A stretch of 64,000 nt of DNA from the human T2T-CHM13v2.0 reference genome, Homo sapiens. The DNA is taken from the NCBI RefSeq assembly GCF_009914755.1, contig NC_060935.1, one strand, 5' to 3'. The notes under the pieces are model-generated. The model was given only the letters and a program-made list of their open reading frames with translations. It made no database searches and had not been told where the DNA came from. How positions within the stretch are numbered: position 1 is the stretch's first letter; every line of letters starts with the position of its first letter. Both the position numbers and the translations under genes were made by a program. This document shows positions 29,255-40,535 of the stretch, one piece after another.

Positions 29255-29858
29255 TGTGAAAGAAAAATAAATCTTCGATGCCCCAAATCACTAAGTCAAA
29301 GGGAAAAGTCAAGCTGGAAACTGCTTAGGGCAAAAACCTGTCCCCCATTTTATTCCTAAATAAGATAGTTACAAAGATAAGAAGCTACGTTCCTCCCACA
29401 CAATTTGCCCACAGGGAAATCCCTTGTGGACAAAGGACAGACAGAAATCAAAAGTCATCATTCTGACACTCACCTGAGGCAAATTCATAACTGATTGTTT
29501 CCTCTGCCCTACTGTTTATGTAAAAATGCAGATTTGCCTAACTAGACTAAATTGTGTATATAGTGGAAGGCTGATCAAGGACTCAAAAGAATGCAACTTT
29601 CTATCTCTTATCTACTTCTAACCTGGAAAACCCTACTTTGAGTTGCCCTGCCTTATTGAACCAAATGAATGTACATCTTACACATATTGATTGATGTCTC
29701 ATGTCTACCTGAAATGTATAAAAGCAAGCTGTACCCCGACCACCTTGGACACATGTCTTCAGGGCCTCCTGAGGGCTGTGTCATGGGTGCGTTCTTAACT
29801 TTGGCAAAATAAACTTCCTAAACTGACTGAGACCTGTCTCAGATATTCAGGTTTCATG
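29255..29858 (+). mobile_element. MER4-family 3' LTR
   Basis: TGTGAAAGAAAAATAAATCTT..., colinear with 22014-22610. Confidence 0.88.
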
Positions 29859-30635
29859 GTATTAAGTTCAGAGAACACATGCACTAGGTTGCTGACAAGG
29901 TCATGGTGGATCTCACAGGATTAGCAGAGGAAATTCCATTGCAGTGTAACCTCCCTCCTCATGAAATGCAATCCCACACAGCAGCAGGCCCAGGTGAGAA
30001 CACATACTGCTTTTGCATAGCCGCATACCCTGATCTCAAGTTGCCAATACCACTTTGTTTGGTAAAAGACTGTTACTGGGTGCACCATTCAGCCCATTCC
30101 CCTAGTGGAGACTGTAAACCAAAATCCAACCATTTTCTTTCAAATCCAACCATTTCTATTTGAACCATTGGGGGGAATGTTCCAAAGAACAAATTAATTT
30201 TGTAAAACACACCATGCTCCCCAAGGAGCTAGATTTCAACTTTAGAATGATTTCCTATAGATATTCTTGGGAGTTTGGCTCAAGTGATGATATCAGTGCC
30301 CTTTTAGGTTTTGGTGCAAATTACAGAATTCTTCTTACCCCTTCTTCTCCTTTCTCTATCTCTTCAACCAATTACCAAAAATGAGGACAGTAGCATTTTG
30401 AACCAGAGTATTTGATTCTGAATCTTTTCTGATTCTATTCATTTTCCCCATGATTTAACCACAGACACCAACCTTTTTGGGCCAGCTTCTTCTTGCTATA
30501 TATAATGCTATATAATAATATTCTTCCTGCTAAAATCTTCCAGTCACTGTACAGGTGGTTGAAAATGGAAATAGGAAAGTCACAGTCTCTGCCCTTAAGT
30601 GTGTATGTGTGGCAGGAGTGAGGGCAGGGTGTCAG

Positions 30636-31370
30636 TGAGAGACAGGACTATCTGGATTTCCTAGGCTAGGAATTCCTAAGCCTAGCTGGGGAAGGTGACT
30701 GCACCCACCTTTAAACATGGGGCTTGTATCTCAGCTCACATCCAACAAATCAGGTAGTAAAGAGATCTCACTAAAATACCAATTAGGCTAAAAAGCAGGA
30801 GGTAAAGAAATAGTCAATCATCTATTGCCTGAGAGCACAGGGGGAGGAACAATGATCAGGATATAAACCCAGGTATTAGAGCCGGCAGTGGCCACCCCCT
30901 TTGGGTCCCCTCCCATTGTATGGGAGCTCTGTTTTCACTCTATTAAATCTTGCAGCTGCACACTCTTCTGGTCCGTGTTTGTCTGGCTCGAGCTGAGATT
31001 TTGCTCACCATCCACCACTGCCGATCATCGCCGTCACAGACCCCCCACTGACTTCCACCCCTCCAGATCCGGCAGGGCATCCACTGCACTTCTGATCCAG
31101 CGAGGCACCCATTGCTGCTCCCAATAGGGCTAGAGGCTCGCCATGTTCCTGCATGGCTAAGTGCCCAGGTTCGTCCTAATCAAGCTGAACACTAGTCACT
31201 GGGTTCCACGGTTCTCTTCCATGACCCATGGCTTCTAATAGAGCTATAACACTCACCGCATGGCCCAAAGTTCCATTCCTTGGAATCCATGAAGCCAAGA
31301 ACCCCAGGTCAGAGAACAAAAGGCTTGCCGCCATCTTGGGAGCTCTAAGAACATAGACCCGCCAGTAACA
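30636..31370 (+). mobile_element. Solo LTR17 (HERV-W LTR)
   Basis: Starts TGAGAGACAGGACTA(T)CTGGATTTCCTAGGC. Has CCAAT, TATA (GATATAAA), ATTAAA poly(A) signal and a U5 ending ...GCCGCCATCTTGGGAGC...GTAACA. Confidence 0.9.
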
Positions 31371-32473
31371 CTGGGAAGGGGGTAGCCTGTGTGGTAGCAA
31401 AGCTAGACAATTAAAGAGACACATACGGTGTAGTAGAAACCAGCTAAGGCTAGCATAAAATAGACACACCACAAGAATATCTTCCATTGATACACTGAAC
31501 CATATGAAACTAACGATATGTGAGCAGTTTGACATGCAAAAAATGGCAATGCAATACAGGTTCTGATAGGATTAAGCATTAGGTATTATAGAAATATAGT
31601 GGAATAGTTATATGGACCCAGGAACTGCCTTTTTAAAATTCAACTTTAGGGCTCTTTCCTGGTTAGAAAAGCAATAAATCAGGGAAGAATCTTGAAGGAT
31701 GAATTTGGCTGGACAATTCTCCATTTCCACTGCCACTCTTCTTACCCAATCTACCATCATCTCTTGCCTGGGCTAGTACAAGCTTTTCCTAACTCGTCAC
31801 TTACATTCTTCTCCATCTACTTTCTACACAGTATCCAGAATGAGTGATCCTTGAAAATCTCAAATTGGATCATGTCCTTCAGCTACTTAAAACCTGTCAA
31901 TGATGACCAGTTGTACTTCAAGTAAAATCCAAATCCTCTCAAGGTACCAAGGTACAAACATGATCCTGTATTCGCTACCTCTCTTACCCTTTGCACACTA
32001 CTGCTCTCTCTGTCTCATTCAAAAGCTCCAGGTTTGCAGGCCTTCATTTTCAACTTCTCCAGTAAGCATTTTTATATCTGTGGCTCAAGCCTCAGAGGAA
32101 GGTTTCTTCATTTAGAGAATAATGAGAAAGTCATATAAATCTCAACTCCGTGTTAAAACCTTATTAAATACAACTTTTATTATTTATGCTGCACAAATAA
32201 AAAGCAAAGAAACATGGTCCTTTTGTTAATCATATGGTAAGAGACCATTTTCCTTCAGGCATTTTGAATTATTGAAGATACCTCCCCTCTCTCCCCCATG
32301 TATTCTTCTCTTTCTTCCTTTGCTTTTGGTTGTGTTGTTTTGTGTGTCCATAATTGATGTAACAAAGAGCATTTAATGAGCCCTGGTCTGGTGATCTTTT
32401 CCTGCCCCACACCACTGCCTGACATTTGTTCTAATTTGGACTTCTGCTTCTGACCTTTGCAAAGCTCTCTAGG

Positions 32474-32537
32474 TAATAAGCTCCCAAGATAATAAGCTCC
32501 CCAGATAATATGTTCTCTAGATAATAAGTTCTATAAC
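32474..32537 (+). repeat. Four-copy 16-bp tandem repeat (TAATAAGCTCCCAAGA consensus)
   Basis: Units TAATAAGCTCCCAAGA, TAATAAGCTCCCCAGA, TAATATGTTCTCTAGA, TAATAAGTTCTATAAC. Confidence 0.85.
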
Positions 32538-33460
32538 ATCAGAGCTCACAATACATCTCCCATGGCTACCACAATTTCATGTACAACAATAAGTATTTAT
32601 GGAAAACAAGTTGTGGATTCAGCTCCAACCATATATGTGTGGCCTATTAAGGTATATGAAATAAGGACCCGTCACCTAATATTTCTTATCTAATATGTTG
32701 GCAGGGGAGAAGGAAGAAACAATACAAGAATTGGCCCCAGGAAATATTTATTCTAAATCCGGCACATGCAAAACCCCGAGATAGCCATCAAGGACAAAAA
32801 TCGTCACTGGGAGGTGGGAAGCCCTGAAGGAAAAGCACTAGTCTTGGTGTCAGAAGACCTATGCTTGTGTTTTCACGCTGACAGGACATGTGTATCTCAA
32901 CAAGTATCTTCATCTTCTGAACCTATTTCCTCATCTATAAAAGGTCACTAACACCCATTTTGAAAAACCACATGTAGGTTAGGAGGATTCAATGTATGTG
33001 AAAGAGTTCTTCAAACTCCTAAGCACTTGCTGTGCTGATGGTAAAGGTGATAATGAGGAGGAAGGAGTGTCTGCTATGGGAAAACCACTGTCCTAAAACT
33101 TTTAAATACATTGTTAATTAATCTGCACCAATAAGTCTACGAATTAGATTCTATCATAATCTCAATTTTACAGATGAGGTTCAGAGAGATGACAAATTTT
33201 CCCCAATATCACACAGTCATTTTAATGGTGGAACAGAAATTTTAACCCAAATCTATCTGGCTCCATAGTTAACACTCTTAACTACCATATTATATGGCCC
33301 CAATCTAACTCCCTTATCTTTGGGAAATACTTTTATTTATAGGTCAATGACACAGAGTTACAGATCCTGGGTACAGCCTGGGTCTGTAACTTACTCAATG
33401 TATAATGCTGGGTAAGTCTTAACCTCTCTGTGCCTCATCTGTTAAATGAAAGAGTTGAAC

Positions 33461-33813
33461 TCTAGGATCTCTCAAGTTCATTCCCTTTGAGTTCATCTAA
33501 CATTATACGGTCTTCGTTCTTGTTGGTACAATAGTTTATTAGGTAATTGTTTATTAGATAATTAACAGTCCATGTCACCTTGGCTATCTGCCAAATGAAT
33601 AGAAGCACACTACAGATATTAGAGAGGGAGGGTTGAAGGGAAAAGATTTCCAAGGGCTTTGGCAGGTGGAGAAGGCTTTTTGGAGAGGATAGGCCTGAAC
33701 CGTTTCACCATTAAAAGCACTTTTATTATTTTTCTCCATAGTCACTATATTTACAAAGATTTTATGTTTACTTAACATTGTGTCATGGTCTGGCAAAAGA
33801 GAGCATCTGCAGC
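33461..33813 (+). repeat. Local ~350-bp direct duplication, copy 1
   Basis: Aligns by hand to 36351-36699 with about 20 substitutions and one 4-nt indel (~94% identity). Confidence 0.95.
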
Positions 33814-34075
33814 CCCTCCAGGAAAGAAGAGAAATCCTGTAATCCCTAGAGAGAGTCAGGCAGGAGGACAAAATTAGTGGCTGCATGCTTACTGCAGACC
33901 AGCACGGTATGAGAACAGTATTTTGTCATCAGCTGTGAGTCAGCTAAAAGTTGAAGCCAAATGTTCAAGCATTGTTAGGAGTTGAGTCTTTTCTTTGATG
34001 AAGCATATGGGAGCCTCATTCATCCACACTTTCCTTGCCTCCACATCCTTGCCATTATGGGAATGGCATATAAGC

Positions 34076-34298
34076 CAGTGATTCTCAACCAGAAGTGACT
34101 TTGTCCCTTATGAACTATAGGCGATATCCGAAGACAGACTAAATGCCATGACTTGGCTGGGGAGGAAGTGGGAGCTTGTTCCTGATATCTAGTGGATAGA
34201 GGCCAAGAATACTTAGGGCAGGCTCCCCACCCTCCATCCCCAGCAACAGAGAAGTATCTGGTCCAAAATTTCAATAGTGCTGAGGCTGAAAAACTCTG
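34076..34298 (+). mobile_element. MER20 hAT DNA transposon
   Basis: CAGTGATTCTCAACC...GGTCCAAAATTTCAATAGTGCTGAGGCTGAAAAACTCTG termini match MER20. Confidence 0.8.
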
Positions 34299-34499
34299 AT
34301 ACAAGGGAACAGCAGTTACAACAAAGAAAAAGAAAGCCAACTCACCAAGAGCAGCTGTAAATAGAAACATCTTATTTTTACTTTCTCCTCTCCTCCCCAG
34401 CATTAAAAGGAATAGAAAGGAAAGCACTTGGAATCCCCAGGACAGCTTGTGGAAGGTTTTGGGGTAGTGTGGGTGGAGCTTTAAACTGAATATGAGATT

Positions 34500-35360
34500 G
34501 ATTTTTAAAATAACTTCTTATTTTGAAACAGTTTAAGACTCACAAGAGTTGCAAAAATTATAGTATAAAGTCCCCATATACTCTTTAGCTAACTTCTTCC
34601 AATAATAATGTTATATAACCATAGTAAATGGCCAAAACCAGAAAAGTGACTGTGATGCAATAATACTGTTAACTCAGGTGCAGATATTATTTGGATTTCA
34701 CCAGGATATACGTGCACTCTTTTTGTCTATTTGTTTTGGTATATAGTTCTGTGACATTTTATCACATGGCTAGACTCAAGTACCCATCACCATAATCAAG
34801 ATACAGAACTGCTCCAAATCCACAAAGAAACTCTCTCATGTGTTACCCCTTAATAGGCGCACGCTTCCTTCAACCCCAGTCTCTAATAAACACTGATCTG
34901 TTCTTTATTACTGTAATTTAGTCATTCCAATAATTGTATATAAATATAATTTTACAGTATATTGCCCTTTGAGGTTTTGTTTACTGTTTTATTTTTCATT
35001 CAGCATAATGCACTTGAGTCATCTAAGTTGTTGTATGTATCAATAGTTTATTCCTTATTACTGATGAATAGGAGCCCATTGTATGGATGTACCAAAGTTT
35101 ATTTAACAATTTACTTGTTGAAGGATATCTGGATTATTTCCATTTCTTGGCTGTTATAAATAAAGCTGCTATGAGCTTTTGTGTTCATCTTTTTGTGTGA
35201 ACATAAGTTTTCATTTCTTTAGGAGAAATGCCCAGGAATGTGATTGCTGGATCATTCATATGGTAAGTGCATATTTACCTTTATAAAAAAAAAACACCAA
35301 ACTGTCTTATAATGAGACTGTACCATTTTACATTCCCATTAGCAATTCATGAGAGATCCA
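34500..35360 (-). mobile_element. L1M (MB/MC-like) 3' fragment
   Basis: Antisense L1 3' motifs (ATAAATAAAGCTGCTATGA, TGATTGCTGGATCAT..ATGGTAAG, TGTACCATTTTACATTCCCA). Confidence 0.7.
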
Positions 35361-36350
35361 TTTATAAGGCTGTTTTAAAATAGAAGCACTATGTGAAAAT
35401 AACCCAAATGAGATTGTTTCAATAACTAAAATGACTTCACAGCTAAGATATCTGAGTACAATAATATTAAAGGAATCCACTGCTAACCTGGAAAGTGAGG
35501 TTTCAAAGTACACAGAAGGTAGCAGTTATTAAGGAAAATAACAATTATTGTACATCAAGCAGATTCTCCTCAGTCAAACATATTATATCATTAAATACCA
35601 TTTTCTTTGAAAGGTAAATTTCTGTTTTCAGTTTTTATTTCTAAAGAATATAAGTCACTGTTATTTGGAGCTTCCAATTACCATGTGATAACACATAGCA
35701 TTATCCTGAGATAAACTAATTCCAGCCAAGTGCAAAGAACCAGACTTCCTACTGAGACTAGTTGACCTAATATGAAAAATTAGTATTTTTAATAAACCTG
35801 GAAGCAACTGGATCTGTCAGTTAATGATATGGCTATAATATCCAGTAAAGGACTTAACCTTCCCAGTCTGTCATAAATTATAGCAAACAACAGTTCTTAT
35901 CTCATACACTTTTTTAAATTTGATAAGGTATGCAAAACATTTAACACAATATCTGAGACATAGTGAATACTTAGCTCAATCTATGAGTTGGAATGAAAAT
36001 ACCTACCTGTCTATTATGAAGAAGAATAAAATAACAAATGTGAAGCATGTAACCAGCAGTAGAAACACGATAAATGTGAGCTGAATATGTTGCCACCTTG
36101 AGTTTTTACTCCAGGAGGTGCACACAGTACCAAATTAAAAGGGAGTGCTGGAAAGGGGCCAATTTAAAATTTACCTGGTTCTTTCCTCAATGCCTTTGAA
36201 TTATTTGACCGTAAAGATTTCAGATGGGCTAATCATCATGCTTTCCAAGTTTTTTCATTGTAATTGTATTTAATTATTGTGATGAAAATGACACTGTTCC
36301 CCATAAATACTCAAGACCCACTCACAGTTTCTTATATTTATATTCATATA

Positions 36351-36699
36351 TCTAGGATCTCTCAAGTTCATTCCCTTTGGGTTCATCTAACATTATATGG
36401 TCTTCGTTCTTGTCGGTATAATAGTTTATTAGGTAATTGTTTATTAGGTAATTAACAGTCCAAGTCACCTTGGCTATCTGCCAAATGAATAGAAGCACAC
36501 TACAGATACTAGAAGGGGTTGAAGGGAAGAGATTTCCAAGGGCTTTGGCAGGTGGAGAAGCCTTTTTGGAGATGATAGCCCTGAACCATTTCACCATTAA
36601 AAGCACTTCCATTATTTTTCTCCATAGTCACTATATTTACAAAGATTTTATTTTTACTTAACACTGTGGCATGGCCTGGCAAAAGAGAGCATCTGTAGC
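36351..36699 (+). repeat. Local ~350-bp direct duplication, copy 2
   Basis: See copy 1. Flanked on both sides by TA-rich sequence. Confidence 0.95.
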
Positions 36700-37201
36700 A
36701 TTATATATATATAAAATATGTGATAGTTATATTCTTTAAAAATTATTATATGTTTCTTGAGTCATATTGATTTGTATACTATTGGAAATGTTGTTCAGGA
36801 GATACAACATTTCTGCTGAATGTGTTCATTCAACATTTAACATTTCTCTTCCTGAATGTGTAGAAGTATTGCGTAGGAGTGTTGTTTCCTACATAACAAA
36901 CATGTAAGCTCTCTTTGTTTATTTCTTTAAGTTCTGTTCTGGTTCAAGCAATTTATGCAGTATTAACAGAAATAAATCCACAAGCATCTCATGAGCATCT
37001 ATTAGAAGCTCAGCACCAACCCAAACTCTGGGAAGGAATATAGTCATCAGTCAATGAATCTCCTAGTAGGATAGTACATTCTGGAAAGTAACCTCAGAGT
37101 AGATGGCAATATATATTTATGGCAATATAAATCAAGAAACTTAGAAAGATGCACTCCTTTGGTGTTGCAGTTATTAAGCCTTTAATGAAACTTTTAATGG
37201 C

Positions 37202-37293
37202 AGCATAAATGCTGAAAGGTAATTTGATAAGAAGTGTCAATAACTTTAGCATAAATTCTGAAAGGTAATTTGATAAAAGGTGTCAATAACTTT
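37202..37293 (+). repeat. 46-bp tandem duplication (2 copies) within old L1-like sequence
   Basis: AGCATAAAT(G/T)CTGAAAGGTAATTTGATAA(GAA/AAG)GTGTCAATAACTTT x2. Confidence 0.9.
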
Positions 37294-37647
37294 AAAAACA
37301 GTCAAACCCTTTAACGCAGCATTGCCTACTCAAGGCATTTATCCTACAGAAATAACACAAATAAATACTATCAAAAAGGGTTTCATTAAGCATTATTAAT
37401 AGTGGAAACAATTGGAGATTCACGTAACCAATAATAATGGTATTTCTAAATAGAGGATGGTACATACTTAATTTGGAAAACTATGTAGCCATTTAAATTG
37501 TGTTTTTTTAAAGAATATTTTACATAGAGAAAAATTAAGAAAAAGATGTTAAGTGGATAAAAGCAGGATACAAAACAGCAATACTATTAAATGTGTGCAG
37601 TTTTATTTCAAACATATGAATAAATGTGTGTATATTTGTAAATATAT

Positions 37648-37686
37648 ATGTGTGTGTGTGTGTCTGTGTGTGTGTGTGTGTGTGTG
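37648..37686. repeat. (TG)n microsatellite
   Basis: Direct read, one interruption. Confidence 0.9.
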
Positions 37687-38989
37687 CGCGTCTAATGATC
37701 TCCCTAAAAGGGACAAGGCCATCAGTATGTGATAGAATTACAGGTCATTTAAAAAAATTCTTTATATGTCCTATAGAGTCAGAAAAATATAGAAAGATGA
37801 TTAATAGGTTTCTATCCTCAAAAAGAGTTAACATCCCAGCAGAAAAGATATAATTTACACATGGCATAATAAAAAAATATACAACCGAATATGAGAACTA
37901 GACTTCTGCTGTCTCATCCTCTGTTCCTCCTTTGGGAAATTACCTCTCCCTCAACGTGATTGTGTCTCTAGTAAGGCAACCTCATCAGGTAGACTTGCAA
38001 TTTCTTGGGCTCAGTCACAAGTGGGGTCTACAATCCAGGCCAGCTCACCTGGTATCGCTCTTTGTCGGGCCACAGAATGAGTGAGAGTCCACCTGGGTCC
38101 CATTTTTACACTTTAGAAAAGAGAAGATCTTTGTATGAATTTGAAGCCCAAACTTCTAGCATTGACAAGGAAGTAATGTACCTGAGAATGAAGCTAACCT
38201 GGAGAAGAACTGAGTTGAACATTGAGAAAGAGAGACATTAGGACAATATCCTGAAAAAAAGTAATTTTTGCCCAGTAGAACCAGCCATGCTTGAAGACAT
38301 ATGTAACCCTGAACTTTTCTGTTTTGTGAGCCAATAAATACCTTTTTTTATTTTCATTTTTTCAGACAGTAAATTCCATTTTCTCTTAAATCCATTTGAT
38401 CTATGTTACTGTCTTTCAACTCACATGGTCATTATTGATATAAACACATCTTTCAAAGACATAGCATGAGTTATTGAATCAGGGGAGAAACAGGTCACTT
38501 CCAGCCTGATGACTGGGAAAGGCTACTCAGAGAAGGGGCAATCCGAGCTGGACCTTGGAACAAAAGAGAGAGTAAGCATAAGGACCAAAGAAACCTGGAA
38601 TTTATAGAGGTATAAATGTAAGGTATTTGGTAAGATGCTTTTACTGAAGGAGAGACTTTGTGTTGGGAAGCAGGAAGTGATGGGCTGGGGACAACACTGT
38701 AATTATCAGGCTAGTGGTTTTAGAAATTATCCTATAAGCAATGAAATATCCATTAAAGAATTTTAGTAAGTGTGTGACCTGTTGAAAATCATCCTTCCAG
38801 AAAAATAATTAGTGTGAGAGTTATACCTAATGAAAGTATAAAATTGGCACCCTCTTCATCCTTTTCCTCCTGTAATCTCTTCCCAGGGAAATTCACTAGC
38901 TAATCTCCTGGTCTTCAGTTTTCCATACTGATTTATCCTCCATACATTGTCTGGTGGACTTTTTAAAAATATGTCTAATTGTGGCACTT

Positions 38990-39380
38990 AAAAAGTCAGG
39001 ATGTTTCTTAATGTCCATGCTGCAACATGGATAAATCTCAAAATGATTATGTTGAGGGAAAGAAACCAGACCAAAAAGGAAAAATGCATAGTATATGATT
39101 CCATTTATATAACATTCTAGAAAAAAAAATGACAGAAAGCAGAGCAGTGGTTGCCTAGCAATGGGGAGAAGGTGAGGAGGAGGGGTGAGAGTGTGATAAC
39201 AGGGGGATGAGAGGACTTTAGGAGGCAATGAGATAATCACTGTCTTGTGTGCTAATGGCTTCACGGGTATATACACATGTCAAATTTTGCACCTTACATA
39301 CATGCAGTTTAGCATTTGTGGAATTGTTACACAGTTATACCTCAATATAAATAATACCTCAATAAAGCTAGTTTAAAAAT
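38990..39380 (+). mobile_element. L1M 3' UTR fragment
   Basis: CAACATGGATAAATCTCAAAA..ATTATGTTGAG..GAAAGAAACCAGAC...ATACCTCAATAAAGCT. Confidence 0.7.
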
Positions 39381-40159
39381 AAAGTGACAATGACGATGTG
39401 GTCCAGTCTCAAAGCAGAAAGCAAAACAGTACAACTAAAGACCAGTTTTTAAAGTAGTTCAGGCTATTTTCATGTATTTTCTGAACTCGACAGCATCAAC
39501 TCTCTAAAGCGCCCTTATTCTTTCTTGATCCAGCTTCTTCCAAATTCCTTCGCTGTTCCCACATCCGTTTATTCTAAATTCCTTGAAAATTTTACCTTCT
39601 ACCATCAGCCATAAGGGAATAGATTCTCTATTTTTTCTAAATCATATTAAATCCAGTTCCAGACTCCAAATGTTGGCAAGAAGTTCTCAAATCAAGTATT
39701 TTTGGTATTAACCACTGCCCTTTTATTGTTTAAGGATCTCAGGGTACCAGAAGAAAAGAAATAATAGAAGATGCCTCATCTTCATTCTGTGGTCATCCTT
39801 ATCACTGTTGATCGTTCTGCTACACAAGGCTATTTTTTTACCAGTTAGCATTCAGTAGTTCTTTCATTGTGCCAGGCATTAAGCTAAATGCATTTTCTTA
39901 CTACTCATAACAACCCCATAAGAAAAGACACATGGTACCCCCTTTTCCCACTCACTTGCCGTCTTAGTTCGGGCTAGTCACTTACCTTCTCTGATCACCA
40001 GTTGTCTCTTGTAAAGCGAGATGTAAAACTAGGTGGCTCTTCAAACTCTGACATTGGTTTTTTTCTTTATTTACTATACATACCAATGCCAAATAAGGTG
40101 CCGTAAGAAAAAAGAAAGGTGGATTGCACACTGAAATTGGGCTCGTTTTCATAGACTGA

Positions 40160-40535
<376 letters not shown>

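Noticed and set aside
32270-32320. CCC ATG TAT TCT TCT resembling the olfactory receptor PMYFFL motif
   Set aside because: No flanking OR motifs (GN, MAYDRYVAIC, KAFSTC, PMLNP) in register; it lies in a pyrimidine-rich low-complexity patch.
33584-33886. Minus-strand ORF containing 'KAFSTC', an olfactory receptor TM6 motif
   Set aside because: The surrounding residues are not OR-like (no ASHL continuation, no TM pattern), and the motif is not preserved in the duplicate copy at 36351-36699. Treated as chance.
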